DNA of 64,000 nucleotides from Desulfobacterales bacterium (GCA_963668645.2 CAXXWC010000019.1:672001-736000); one strand, 5' to 3'. Positions 1 through 10,518 are shown, numbered from the stretch's first letter. Translations and numbers: made by a program. Notes: generated from the letters alone by a model not told the origin.

Positions 1-927
1 GGCGCACAGATCGTGCATGTTAGCGCCGCGCAGAACGTTACCCGCAGCCCAGACCCCCGGAATGCTGGTCTGCAAGGCGGCATCAACAACCGGTCCGCCC
101 GAGTCCGGATCGATCTCGATGGGGCTGTCGTAGATCAGGGTCGCTTCCGGCCGGAATGCACCAGTGACCACCAGCGTATCGCAGCCCAAAGTCCGCTCGG
201 CACCGCCGGCAGCATCCGACAAGCTCACGCCGGTCACCCGATCATGACCGTCAACACTCAGTATCCGGCAGCGGCGCAGAACCGGAAATCGCAACCAACT
301 GCTCAGGACACCGGCCACCGAGGGGTAGGTGTGCAGCGCCACGTCCGGCTCTACCAAGGCCGCGATCTCGACCCCCGCCCGGTGCAGGGTCATGGCGGCG
401 GAAAAGGCCACATGCTCGCTGCCGAGAATCACTGCCCGTCGACCGGGAGTAAGCCCCTCCAGGTTGACCGTTTTTTGCAGCGTACCGGTTGTCATGACCC
501 CCGCAGGCCTCAGACCGCAGAGCAAGCGCGAGCCCCTGGAGCCCTCGAAGCACCCCATGGCCAGAATCACATGGCGGCAGTGGTAGACGCCAATCCCCTC
601 CGGACCGCTCACCGTCAGGGCATGCCGATGCTCTCCGCTTCCCGGTTCGATCCGGATCACCGTCGATTCGGTGCGCGCCTTGACTGCCGTGCGCCGCACC
701 AATGTATCGAGTCGGCGCGCATAGGCCGGTCCGCTGTATGCCCGATACAGATCGCGCAGACCGAAAAAAACGTGGGCACTACGGGGGATACCCCCCAAAT
801 GCGTTTCGTTCTCAAACAGGTAAATGTCCGGATGCCCCAGCCGCGCCAACTCGAGACAGGCGGAAATACCCGCCGGTCCGCCTCCGACGACAGCCACATC
901 ACACGCAATGTCATTCATGATACCCAT
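1..927 (-). CDS. NAD(P)/FAD-dependent oxidoreductase (3' end runs off the window)
   Basis: Absent from the ORF track. Manual translation from ATG 927 gives MGIMNDIACDVAVVGGGPAGISACLELARLG...ENETHLGGIP, a Rossmann GxGxxG motif. It starts 7 bp after the upstream oxidoreductase. Confidence 0.85.
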   Translation of the reverse strand, partial: MGIMNDIACDVAVVGGGPAGISACLELARLGHPDIYLFENETHLGGIPRSAHVFFGLRDLYRAYSGPAYARRLDTLVRRTAVKARTESTVIRIEPGSGEHRHALTVSGPEGIGVYHCRHVILAMGCFEGSRGSRLLCGLRPAGVMTTGTLQKTVNLEGLTPGRRAVILGSEHVAFSAAMTLHRAGVEIAALVEPDVALHTYPSVAGVLSSWLRFPVLRRCRILSVDGHDRVTGVSLSDAAGGAERTLGCDTLVVTGAFRPEATLIYDSPIEIDPDSGGPVVDAALQTSIPGVWAAGNVLRGANMHDLCA

Positions 928-934
928 ATAGGCC

Positions 935-2398
935 TCACCGTCGGCGCCCGTTTCCGGCGCCGTCGTTGTCCAACTCGTAAGAAGCACCGCCCTTGCGCGT
1001 CAAGGACGCGGGTGCCACCTGCATCTGCCGGCTCATGATCGAAAGCACCTTGTGGCCGCAGAAATTGCTCTGGCAGCGCCCCATGCCGGCCCGGGTGCGA
1101 AACTTGATCCCGTCGCGGGTGACGGCACCCCGGCCCAGGGCCTCTTTGATCTCACCTTCGGAAACCATCTCGCAACGGCAAACGATACGGCCCCAGGCAG
1201 GATCCGCAGCGATGGCCGCGGCCCGCTGGGCATCGTCCATCTCGGCAAAGTGGGGGATGTCCTTGCGCAACGGGTCGAAGTCGGGCTTGGGCTGCCCTTC
1301 GAATCCGGCCTCGGGCAACACGGTATTCACCAAGTGTCGCCCCATGGCTACCGATCCGGTCAACCCCGAGGCCCCCAGCACGAAGTGAACAAAATGCGGC
1401 ACCCCGGGGGCCGAACAGATATGGTACTCAGGACCGGCCAAGGGGATGGTGCCGGCAAAGGGGCGAATGCCCAGCCCGGACGACAGGCCCTCGATCAGAC
1501 GCTGGTAATGCGGGATGACATACCCCTTGATGCCCGCTTCGGTAGTCTCGGCCCGTTCCGGGGTGGAGACCGCTTCCACCAGGCATCCGACCATGACATT
1601 TCCATCCACCGTCGGGCCGACGAAATCTCCGGTGGGATTGCCGTTGCTCAGTCCCCGGACCAAGTGTCGGACGCTCCAGGCGCTTTGCTTGTCGAGGATC
1701 ATCCGCTCCTGCTTGAGAAGCTTGAGCGTGAAGCTGTCGTCGCCGATCATCCGCGCCACCTTGTCAGCGTAAAGTCCCGCAGCGTTGATTACCCAGCAGG
1801 CGTGGACCACACCACGGTTGGTGCGCAGGACGAAGCGGCCGTCGCCGGCTATCTCGATGCCGCTGACTTCGGTTTCCAACATCAGGCGACACCCGTTGGC
1901 AACGGCGTTTTCCACCAGACCAAAAACCAGGCCCCAGGGGCTGACCACACCAGTGGTGGGCGTGAACAGGGCGGCGCGCACCTCCGACGAAAGATTCGGT
2001 TCCATCTGCCGCAACCGGGCCGGATCGTGGATCAGCTCCATGTCTGGCACGCCGTGGTGGACCGCCTTTTCACGGATCTGTTCCAGGGCCTGGATTTCGG
2101 CTTCGTCAAAGGCCACCAGCAGCTTGCCGATCCGCCGGAAGGGCACGTCGAGTTGCCGGCAGATCTCGGGCATCAACTGGTTCCCCTCAAGTTCTGCGCG
2201 GTCCTTCAGCGCAGCCCCCCCGGGCAAGCCGCAGTGGACGATGGCGTGCGTGGCCTTGGTGGCGCCGAAACAGACGTCGGCGCATTTTTCAACGAGGGCA
2301 AGGTTCAGCGCATACCGGGAAAGAGCCCTGGCGGCCACGGCCCCGGCAATGCCGCCGCCGATGATTACGACATCGAAGGATAGGTCATTTTCTGCCAT
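935..2398 (-). CDS. FAD-dependent oxidoreductase (GlpA/LhgO-like) with C-terminal BFD-like [2Fe-2S] domain
   Basis: IIGGGIAG FAD motif, INAAGLYAD, and C-terminal CRCE...RTRAGMGRCQSNFC cysteine motif. Confidence 0.88.
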   Translation of the reverse strand: MAENDLSFDVVIIGGGIAGAVAARALSRYALNLALVEKCADVCFGATKATHAIVHCGLPGGAALKDRAELEGNQLMPEICRQLDVPFRRIGKLLVAFDEAEIQALEQIREKAVHHGVPDMELIHDPARLRQMEPNLSSEVRAALFTPTTGVVSPWGLVFGLVENAVANGCRLMLETEVSGIEIAGDGRFVLRTNRGVVHACWVINAAGLYADKVARMIGDDSFTLKLLKQERMILDKQSAWSVRHLVRGLSNGNPTGDFVGPTVDGNVMVGCLVEAVSTPERAETTEAGIKGYVIPHYQRLIEGLSSGLGIRPFAGTIPLAGPEYHICSAPGVPHFVHFVLGASGLTGSVAMGRHLVNTVLPEAGFEGQPKPDFDPLRKDIPHFAEMDDAQRAAAIAADPAWGRIVCRCEMVSEGEIKEALGRGAVTRDGIKFRTRAGMGRCQSNFCGHKVLSIMSRQMQVAPASLTRKGGASYELDNDGAGNGRRR

Positions 2399-2532
2399 AT
2401 TCGTTCTCCACAGCCCGCCGCATCCGCACCAGATCGACCCGGCTCAAAGTATCAAACTGTGCATGCGTATCGACCACTTTCATCACACACCTAAAGTTTT
2501 CGCAAAACCATTGGATTGCCATGGCCACAGGC

Positions 2533-3633
2533 TCAGCGCACGACACGGGCCGTGCCGCCGGCCATCACCCGCTCGACTTCATTGCAACGGGCCATACTCG
2601 TATCTCCCGGAGTGGACATGGCCAGCGCACCGTGGGCCGCGCCGTAGTTGACCGCCTCCTGGGCCGGCTTACCCTCCATGAGGGCGTAGATCAGTCCCGA
2701 GGCGAAGCTGTCGCCGCCGCCGACACGGTCGAGGATTTCCAGATCGGGGCGCATGATGGCGTCATAGAAGGCGCCGTCGGTGTACACGATGGCACCCCAG
2801 TCGTTACGGCTGGCGGTCTTGGCGTTTCTCAGAGTAGTGGCGACGACTCTGAAGTTGGGATAGGCGGCCACCGCCTTTTCGATCATTTTCTTGAAATTGC
2901 CCGGATCGAGATTGGAGCAGTCACTGTCGAGCCCCTCCACTTTGAAGCCTAGGGCCGCAGTGAAGTCCTCCTCGTTGCCGAGCATCACGTCGACATACTT
3001 AGCGATCTCGCAGTTGACCGCCTGGGCCCGCTCGATACCGCCGATGTCCTGCCACAGTGAGGCCCTGAAATTCAGGTCGTAAGAGACGATGGTGCCGTAC
3101 GCTTTGGCCTTTGACATCGCTTCGATGGCCACCTCGGGGGTGGTCTCGGAAAGCGCGGCGAAAATGCCGCCGCAATGGAACCAGCGCACCTGGTGCTTGC
3201 CGAAAATGGTATCCCAGTCGATATCGCCCTTGCGCAGCTTGGAAACGGCGGTATGCCCCCGATCAGAGCAGCCCAAGGCAGCCCGCGCCCCGTAGCCGCG
3301 TTCGGTGAAATTCAGACCGACACGCACCTCGCGGCCGATGCCGTCGTAGGGCACCCAACGGATGTATTCGGTGTTCACCCCACCTTGCAGAATCAGATCT
3401 TCAAGCAGCCGTCCCACCGCATTGTCCGCAATGGCGGTGACCACCGCTGCGCGCTTGCCGAAGCAACGCCGCAGCCCGCGCGCAACGTTGTACTCGCCGC
3501 CGCCCTCCCAGACGCGAAAGTTTCTAGCAGTGTGGATCCGGCCTTCGGCCGGATCGAACCGGATCATGATCTCGCCCAGGGACAGAATGTCGTAACGGCA
3601 CTGATCCGCCGGCTTCAAATCCAACGTCGTCAT
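2533..3633 (-). CDS. kdgK: 2-keto-3-deoxygluconate kinase (PfkB family)
   Basis: GGGEYNVA, YDLNFR and DRVGGGDSF PfkB motifs; 4-bp overlap with eda. Confidence 0.88.
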   Translation of the reverse strand: MTTLDLKPADQCRYDILSLGEIMIRFDPAEGRIHTARNFRVWEGGGEYNVARGLRRCFGKRAAVVTAIADNAVGRLLEDLILQGGVNTEYIRWVPYDGIGREVRVGLNFTERGYGARAALGCSDRGHTAVSKLRKGDIDWDTIFGKHQVRWFHCGGIFAALSETTPEVAIEAMSKAKAYGTIVSYDLNFRASLWQDIGGIERAQAVNCEIAKYVDVMLGNEEDFTAALGFKVEGLDSDCSNLDPGNFKKMIEKAVAAYPNFRVVATTLRNAKTASRNDWGAIVYTDGAFYDAIMRPDLEILDRVGGGDSFASGLIYALMEGKPAQEAVNYGAAHGALAMSTPGDTSMARCNEVERVMAGGTARVVR

Positions 3634-4313
3634 TGCTGTTTTCCTCCACGAATCGCAGCGATCAAATCGAGCGTTTTTTTCACGTTGTCACGGATGCCGT
3701 CGTAATCCTGTTTTGCCACCAATTCCTTGGTAATCAGCTTGGAGCCTATGCCGGCACAGGCGATACCGGCCTGAAACCATACCGTAAGGCTCTCGGCGGT
3801 CGGTTCGACCCCGCCGGTAGGCATGATTTCTGTCCACGGGCACGGGCCACGAAGGTTCTTTACAAACGCCGGACCGCCGACCTCTCCTCCCGGGAAAATC
3901 TTGCAGATTTCAGCCCCCAGGGTCTCGGCCCGATGAATCTCACTGACCGTTCCACATCCTGGGCACCAGGCGACCTTGCGGCTGTTGCACAGCCGGCCGG
4001 TCTCCTCGTCGAGCAGCGGACTGACGATGAAATTGGAACCCGCGCCGATATACATCGCCGCGGTGGGGGCATCCACCACCGATCCGGTGCCCAAAACCAC
4101 CTCCGGCCGTTCCGCGACCAGGTATTGCTCCACTGCCTTGAAAACCTCAAATGCGCCGTCGCCGCGGTTGGTGAACTCCACAAGGCGCGCGCCGCCGGCG
4201 GCGCAAGCGCAGACGATGTTCTTGGCCACCTCCACGTCATGATGATAGAATACCGGAATCAATCCCAGCTCCTTCATCAAAAGCAATGTCTCAAGCCGTT
4301 TGTATCTCGCCAT
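3630..4313 (-). CDS. eda: KDPG/KHG aldolase
   Basis: VEFTNR, FIVSP, KIFPG (Schiff-base Lys) and MPTGGV motifs. Confidence 0.92.
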   Translation of the reverse strand: MARYKRLETLLLMKELGLIPVFYHHDVEVAKNIVCACAAGGARLVEFTNRGDGAFEVFKAVEQYLVAERPEVVLGTGSVVDAPTAAMYIGAGSNFIVSPLLDEETGRLCNSRKVAWCPGCGTVSEIHRAETLGAEICKIFPGGEVGGPAFVKNLRGPCPWTEIMPTGGVEPTAESLTVWFQAGIACAGIGSKLITKELVAKQDYDGIRDNVKKTLDLIAAIRGGKQQ

Positions 4314-4482
4314 GATTCGATCCCTCTGCTGCCGCTATCCTAATCGTTGAAATCTTCTGTGAGCATTAAAATATTGTGGGCATTTTCTAAAGGCCGACTA
4401 ACTTGATACACCGGTCATCGCTGCTTCCTTTTGTCCCCGCTTCAAGGGTAATGATTCAGTCATGTCCAAAAGTAATTTCATA

Positions 4483-4501
4483 TATTAAACACTGTTTCGA
4501 T
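4483..4501. promoter_or_regulatory. KdgR-like (IclR family) operator upstream of eda-kdgK
   Basis: TATTAAACACTGTTTCGAT resembles the KdgR box AATGAAACAnTGTTTCATT. It lies just downstream of a minus-strand TTGACA (4535-4540) and an AT-rich -10 region (~4512-4517). Confidence 0.5.
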
Positions 4502-4847
4502 AATACAGCATATATAATTTCCCTCCCCCATTTCTGTCAAGCAAAATTTTAACGCCGATGGGGATAGGCACAGACCGATCACGAGGACAGATTTGTCCTT
4601 GTGTGCAACGCCCTCAACAGGGAAGTAAAAACGGGCCGGCCCGGTTTCTCAATGCCGCCCGCAAGGCTTGCGGTGTATTGCTTTCCGGCCACTCACTCCG
4701 CAGGCCAAGCCCGCCAACGGTGAAAACACATAATCTTCTGCTTGTAAACGAAGGCGAGTCGGGTCTTGTAGCACCCGACTCGCCAATCTTCTTGCTGGCG
4801 CAAACCGATGCCTCCGCAGTGGATCGTCTCTCGGGCGGGTTAGTCTC

Positions 4848-6518
4848 GTGTCCATCCGCGGCCGTAACTATCCGGCCGGCATAAAAAAAGCGCATTTTGT
4901 GCTGGAGTTTCGAGGCTGAGTGTAGTATAAACGATGTCGCCAAACAACCGTAAATACTAACAAAGCCGAGAAAAGGACCAACACAAAATGCGCGAAAAAT
5001 GGCAACGCCAAATGCCCCTGATGCCCGAGATCGCCAGCCACATCCAAGCCCAAGAGCTCGAAGCCATCTCCGGCATCCTGGACAGCAAACCTATCATCAC
5101 CGAGTTCGTGCTGCAAGATCTTTGCAAGCGGCGCCGTGTTGTCAGCCGTGCCGGGGCAAAAGGCATGAGCGCCGAGCAGGTGCTGCGAGCGGCCGTGGTG
5201 ATGAGGCTCCACGAGTTGACCTACCAGGACCTGGCTTTTCATCTGGTCGACAGCCAGAGTATCCGGCGTTTTTGCCGTATCGGCATTGCCGACAAGGGGT
5301 TCAAAAAGTCGGTGCTCAACAAAAACATCAAGGCCCTGTCGGATCAGACCTGGGAGGCGATCAACCTTGAAGTGCTCGGTTATGCCAAACAAAACAAGAT
5401 CGAAAAAGGCCGTGTGGCACGTATCGATTGTACGGTTGTCGAAAGCAATATCCACGCGCCCAGTGATTCGAGCCTGCTGTATGATTGTGTCCGGGTGCTG
5501 AGCCGGTTGCAGCAAAGGGTCCGGGATCTTGGCCTGGGCCGATTTGGATACCACGATCACCGCCGGGTGGCCAAACGGCGCATGGTCAAAATTCAGTACG
5601 CCCGCAGCAAAAATGAACGTCGTGGGGCCTATGTCGATCTTCTCAAATACACGGCAAAGTCGTTGGCTTCGGCCCGGCGCGCTATCGAACGGCTCAAGAC
5701 GGTCGGTGCTGACAACCTGACCGCGCTGGGCCTGTTTTTTGAATTGGAACGCTACGTTGCACTGACCGAAAAGGTCATCGCGCAGACCCAGCGCCGCGTC
5801 ATCAAAGGAGAGAAGGTTCCGGCCTCGGAAAAGCTCGTGTCGATTTTCGAGGAGCATACCGACATCATCGTCAAGGACCGGCGCGACACATTTTTCGGTC
5901 ACAAGATATGTCTGACCGGAGGCCGTTCGAACCTGATTCTCGATTGTCAGATCGTGGAAGGCAACCCGGCCGATGTGACCTTGACCCAGACGATGCTCGA
6001 TCGGCAAGAAAAGATTTACGGGCGCTGCCCGCTCAAAGTTGCACTGGACGGAGGGTTTGCTTCCAAGGCGAATTTGAAGGCCGCCAAGGACAAGGGAATC
6101 AAAGACGTCTGTTTTGCCAAAAAGCGCGGCCTGGACCCGGAGAAGATGTGCCGCAGCCCGTATGTGTACAGGCGCCTTCGTCGCTTCCGGGCCGGCATCG
6201 AGGCGGGCATATCCTGGCTCAAGCGCAGCCTGGGGCTGGATCGGTGCACTTGGAAAGGATGGCGATCGTTCCAGAGTTATGTTTGGGCGTCGATCGTTTC
6301 GGCCAACCTGCTTACGATTGCCCGCAAACAGTTGGCCTGACGGTACGGCACCCGTTCGACACGTAAAGCCAACAGGTGAGGTGTTCCCGGATTTTAGGGT
6401 GAATAGTAACATTTACTGTTAAGGGCTTGTTTTTTGCTAAATTCTTTCGAGATTATTCGCCTGCCGCCTCTTTGCAGGGTCCTCGGGCGGCTGATTTTGG
6501 CGATTTATGGACGGAAAC
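4848..6518 (+). mobile_element. ISNCY-family (ISDol1-like) insertion sequence, 1671 bp
   Basis: 7-bp direct repeat TAGTCTC at 4841-4847 and 6519-6525. Imperfect terminal IRs GTGTCCATCC / GGACGGAAAC (8/10 match). Single DDE transposase. Confidence 0.85.
4988..6340 (+). CDS. DDE transposase (ISNCY / IS5-superfamily-like)
   Basis: RIDCTVVESNIHAPSDSSLL, ALDGGF and FRAGIEAGISWLKR motifs. Confidence 0.93.
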   Translation: MREKWQRQMPLMPEIASHIQAQELEAISGILDSKPIITEFVLQDLCKRRRVVSRAGAKGMSAEQVLRAAVVMRLHELTYQDLAFHLVDSQSIRRFCRIGIADKGFKKSVLNKNIKALSDQTWEAINLEVLGYAKQNKIEKGRVARIDCTVVESNIHAPSDSSLLYDCVRVLSRLQQRVRDLGLGRFGYHDHRRVAKRRMVKIQYARSKNERRGAYVDLLKYTAKSLASARRAIERLKTVGADNLTALGLFFELERYVALTEKVIAQTQRRVIKGEKVPASEKLVSIFEEHTDIIVKDRRDTFFGHKICLTGGRSNLILDCQIVEGNPADVTLTQTMLDRQEKIYGRCPLKVALDGGFASKANLKAAKDKGIKDVCFAKKRGLDPEKMCRSPYVYRRLRRFRAGIEAGISWLKRSLGLDRCTWKGWRSFQSYVWASIVSANLLTIARKQLA

Positions 6519-7555
6519 TAGTCTCAAGGCGCTTTAGACTTCCCGACAATCGGCAGGCAGTAGTCCGACTGAAAAACGATTCAAAACCAGCAATTCTCGG
6601 TGACCCCAAAATGGCGAGGGCATGTTGGAAATACAACGGAGGCCCCGCGACCGCCGGTTGGCTTGGTGCCTTGATTGATCGTAACAGAACAACGGCAGAA
6701 CAGCAGAAGAACAAGCCAATATCACTAAAACCCAAAGCTTGCCGAGTATGCAAAAGGCAGCCAGGGGGTGATCTTGGCGGCCGCGCCGAAACTGTATTAG
6801 GCCGTTAGTGTTGGTCCGGACCGCCTCAAGTATCTGCGGTAGAATACTCGTGATTGCCGCCAGCTTCAGTTTGATTGTTCGATGACGGGACCGGTTCGGA
6901 CGGGCACTCAGGGTCGAGTTTTTTGAGCGGACGCGGGGATTATCCCGAAACGCCTTTGCCCTATGGGAGCCCTATCCTTTCTTCAGCCATTCTGCCCAAT
7001 TCGATTGGAAATCCAACGCTTCCGTCCCTTTGGTGAAATCAACAAATCCTTGATTCGCCGAAAATTGCTGATTCAAGCATCCCCTAACCGCCAAAGCCTT
7101 GACGGTGTAGTGCGCAAGACCATCAAATCTCAACCATTCTGCACTGAATTGCTGAATAGTCTTGACCATTATGCAAAACCTTGCACAATGGTCGTATCTT
7201 CCCCCATGGAAAACGGTCCACGAAACGTTTGATCGAGCAGCATATAAAGAAAAGGGCAGCTGGAAAAACTACCACAAGGGCGTCCAAGATACCCGGCCAA
7301 GACACGGATCTATTTTCAAGACCGCTACGCGATCCCAGCCGTCCAGTTGCGCTGCATCTATAAAAGAAAAGGAGATGCGCGGGGTCGAAGTCCGGCAGGC
7401 CGAGCCGTTTTTGAAAGGGCTGCTGGCCTGAGTGTACGCTTTGGCCAACGGCATGCCATTTCATTCGAAAAGGCAGAGCGCTTTGTTTCGGGGCAAACTC
7501 GAAGGCATTGCGGCAGGCGCATGGCATCTATCAACCCGACGAGGCGGTGCATCCA

Positions 7556-9730
7556 ATGCTGAAGAACCTTCCCATCCGCTATCAGTTGTTGCTGCATTAT
7601 TCGATGATCTTTACCCTCACCTTGTCGCTGGGCAGCGTATTCATCTATGTCATCATTCAGCGCACCATCAAGGCCAACATCGAAAGCGAGCTGGCCCATA
7701 CTACCCAGGCCATTCACAACATGGTCAAGACCGCAGCCGATGTGTCGATCAAGAACCGCCTGCGCGCCATTGCCGAAAAGAACCTGGAGACCGCCCGCTA
7801 CTTTTACAGCCAGTACCGCAGCGGCCTGATTTCCGAACGCACGGCCAAGGATATCGTCGCCGGTCTCTTTCTCAATCAAAGCGTCGGCAACTCGGGCTAC
7901 ACCTACTGCATCGACAGCGCCGGCATCGTGCGGATCCATCCCGAAAAGGAACTGATCGACGTGTGCGTGGCCGAGCACGCCTTTGTCCAGCGGCAGATGC
8001 AGCTCAAGGAAGGATACATCAATTACCAGTGGAAAAACCCGGGTGAAACCCGATCGCGGCCCAAGACGCTGTACATGACCTATTTCCAACCGTGGGACTG
8101 GATCATTTCGGTCTCGTCCTACCGGCGGGAATTCAAGGACCTGGTCAAGGTCGACGATTTCAAAGACAGCATCCTGCGCTTCCGCTTCGGCCAGACCGGC
8201 TATTCCTTTATCGTCGACCGCAAGGGCAACACCGTGGTCCACCCCGAGTTGCAGGGGGTCAACATCCTGGCTTCGGATCTGCTTCCCGGAAAGTACTTCG
8301 ACATCATGCTGCGCCAACCCAGCGGGCAGGTCATTTACCCGTGGAAAAACCCCAAGGACAATCACAAGAGGGAAAAACTCGTCATTTTCAACACGATCCC
8401 CGAGTACGACTGGATCGTGGCCTCGTCGAGCTACCTGGACGAATTCTATCAGCCGTTGAAAACCATCGAAAAATCGATCCTGGCCATCATCCTGATCACC
8501 CTGGGCATGACCATCGCCCTGTCGTTTCATATCAGCGCATCGATTACCAACCCGTTAAAAAAGCTGATGAATCATTTCCATCACGTACGCGGATCCGACT
8601 TCAGCGTCCGCATGGAACGGGGCTCGAATGATGAAATCGGCCAGCTGGCCGAATATTTCAACGCTTTCATGGACCAGCTGGAGCGCTACAGCAAGGATTT
8701 GAAAAAGGAAATCGACAACCGCATCGCCGTCGAAAAGGAACTTCGCGAAAGTGAGGGACGCTACCGCTCGGTGATGGAGGCCGCTCCGGACCCGATCGTG
8801 GTCTACAACATGATCGGAGAAGTCATCTATTTCAACCCGGCCTTCTCACGCGTGTTCGGCTGGTCGCTGGATGAGTGCGTCGGCAGGAAGATGGACCACT
8901 TCGTGCCGGATGAAAACTGGCCCGAAACCCGCAAAATGATCCAGGCCGTGTTGTCCGAAGAGCCGTTGTCCTTTGTGGAGACCCGCCGCCTCAACAAATC
9001 CGGCCGTATCGTACCGGTGTCCATCAGCGGCGCCACCTACCGCGACCTGCACGGCCAGCCTGCCGGCAGTGTCATCATCCTGGTGGATATCACCAAAACG
9101 CACCGCTTGCGCAAGCTTGTCATGGATACCGCCGAACGCGAGCGCCAGAAATTCGGCCAGGATCTTCACGACGACCTGTGTCCCCACATGATCGGGATCC
9201 AGGGACTGTGCACCGTGCTCGCAGAAAACCTCAAAGAGGACGATTCGCCCCATGCCTCCCTGGCATCCAAAATCCTCACCACGGTGGAAATCGCCACCGA
9301 CAAGACCCGCGCCCTGGCCCGGGGCCTGTGCCCGGTCTACCTGGTATCACCCGGCCTTTATGCGGCGCTGGAAGACCTGGCGGCGCGCACCTCGAACATG
9401 TCCGGCATACCCTGCCATTTTACCACCGTCGAACCGATCGATGTGAGCGACACCACCGTGGCCACGCACCTGTACTACATCGCTCAGGAGGCGGTGCTCA
9501 ACGCCGTCAAGCACGCCGATGCCGCCCTGATCACCATCGGGCTGTGGCATGATGGGCGCACCCTGAACCTTTCCGTGGCCGACAACGGACGCGGCTTTGA
9601 AGAGAGCCGCGCCGTGAAGGGAATCGGCTTGCAAATCATTAAGTACCGTGCAAACATACTCGGCGCCACCTTGAACATCGAAAGCCTCGCAGGCACCGGT
9701 ACGACGCTGCATGTCGTGTTGGAAGAGTGA
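7556..9730 (+). CDS. Sensor histidine kinase (TM-Cache-TM-HAMP-PAS-HisKA_3-HATPase)
   Basis: Cache-type GYTYCID/GYSFIVD, NDEIGQL HAMP, PAS, H-box ERERQKFGQDLHDDL, QEAVLNAVKHA, DNGRGF. Start moved to ATG 7556 (GAGG upstream). Confidence 0.92.
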   Translation: MLKNLPIRYQLLLHYSMIFTLTLSLGSVFIYVIIQRTIKANIESELAHTTQAIHNMVKTAADVSIKNRLRAIAEKNLETARYFYSQYRSGLISERTAKDIVAGLFLNQSVGNSGYTYCIDSAGIVRIHPEKELIDVCVAEHAFVQRQMQLKEGYINYQWKNPGETRSRPKTLYMTYFQPWDWIISVSSYRREFKDLVKVDDFKDSILRFRFGQTGYSFIVDRKGNTVVHPELQGVNILASDLLPGKYFDIMLRQPSGQVIYPWKNPKDNHKREKLVIFNTIPEYDWIVASSSYLDEFYQPLKTIEKSILAIILITLGMTIALSFHISASITNPLKKLMNHFHHVRGSDFSVRMERGSNDEIGQLAEYFNAFMDQLERYSKDLKKEIDNRIAVEKELRESEGRYRSVMEAAPDPIVVYNMIGEVIYFNPAFSRVFGWSLDECVGRKMDHFVPDENWPETRKMIQAVLSEEPLSFVETRRLNKSGRIVPVSISGATYRDLHGQPAGSVIILVDITKTHRLRKLVMDTAERERQKFGQDLHDDLCPHMIGIQGLCTVLAENLKEDDSPHASLASKILTTVEIATDKTRALARGLCPVYLVSPGLYAALEDLAARTSNMSGIPCHFTTVEPIDVSDTTVATHLYYIAQEAVLNAVKHADAALITIGLWHDGRTLNLSVADNGRGFEESRAVKGIGLQIIKYRANILGATLNIESLAGTGTTLHVVLEE

Positions 9731-9752
9731 ACCGAAACGGGCTGCGCAGACC

Positions 9753-10427
9753 ATGAACACGCGATCGGCCGACGATCCATACCGCATCCTGCTGGTGGAT
9801 GATCACCCCGTCTTTTGCCTGGGGATGACGGAACTGATCAACAAGCAAAAAGACCTGCAGGTCGTCCACAGCGTGGAGAGCGTCAAAGAAGCCCTCAAGG
9901 CGGTCGGGCAGCTTCAGCCGGACCTGGTGATCGCGGACATATCCCTCAAAGACAGCGACGGCATCGAGCTGGTGGATGAAATCCACCGCCGCCATCCCAG
10001 GCTGCCGGTGCTGGTGGTGTCCATGTACGACGAGGCGCTGTATGCCGAACGGGCCATTCTGGCCGGTGCGCGCGGCTACATGATGAAGCAGGGGGCCATT
10101 CACATGGTGGTCCAGGCGATCCGCCAGGTTCTTGGCGGCGACCTTTATGCCAGTGAAAAGGTCAAGGAGAAAGTCTTCCAGCGCCTGGTGGCCAAAAAGA
10201 TGTACCGCGACGAAATTTCCGCTCTGGACATGCTGACGAATCGCGAACTTGAGGTGTTCCGGCTCATCGGCAGCGGCCTTTCCACCAAGGAGATCGCGGT
10301 TCAGATGCAGCTGTCCCACAAGACCATCGGCACCTATCGGGAAAACATCCGCAAGAAGCTCGGGCTGCGCCACTATACGGAACTGGTCAAATTCGCGGTC
10401 CACTGGTCCCAGAAACTGCAGCTCTAG
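9753..10427 (+). CDS. NarL/FixJ-family response regulator (REC + LuxR HTH)
   Basis: ILLVDDHP, DISL and LTNRELEVFRLIGSGLSTKEIA. Confidence 0.94.
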   Translation: MNTRSADDPYRILLVDDHPVFCLGMTELINKQKDLQVVHSVESVKEALKAVGQLQPDLVIADISLKDSDGIELVDEIHRRHPRLPVLVVSMYDEALYAERAILAGARGYMMKQGAIHMVVQAIRQVLGGDLYASEKVKEKVFQRLVAKKMYRDEISALDMLTNRELEVFRLIGSGLSTKEIAVQMQLSHKTIGTYRENIRKKLGLRHYTELVKFAVHWSQKLQL

Positions 10428-10503
10428 CCCGCCTCGAAAGTTCGCCCACCCCTCCAAGATTTGCGCCCGCTCCGGCGCGGCCGCCGGCACCCGGGCAGGC
10501 GCA

Positions 10504-10518
10504 TAGGTTCTCGGCCTA
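10504..10518. promoter_or_regulatory. Palindrome TAGG-N7-CCTA, candidate site for the adjacent response regulator
   Basis: TAGGTTCTCGGCCTA in the intergenic region ~160 bp upstream of the CoA-ligase start. Confidence 0.3.

Noticed and set aside
13..1038. 341-aa plus-strand ORF
   Set aside because: Antisense shadow of the minus-strand oxidoreductase (1-927), which carries clear motifs.
4868..6412. 514-aa minus-strand ORF
   Set aside because: Antisense shadow of the transposase.
6806..6910. Possible MITE with IS-like ends (GTGTTGGTCCGG / TCGGACGGGCAC)
   Set aside because: Only 8/12 IR match, no TSD and no second copy.
6963..7431. Short ORFs upstream of the kinase
   Set aside because: No recognisable motifs or RBS; could be gene relics but unsupported.
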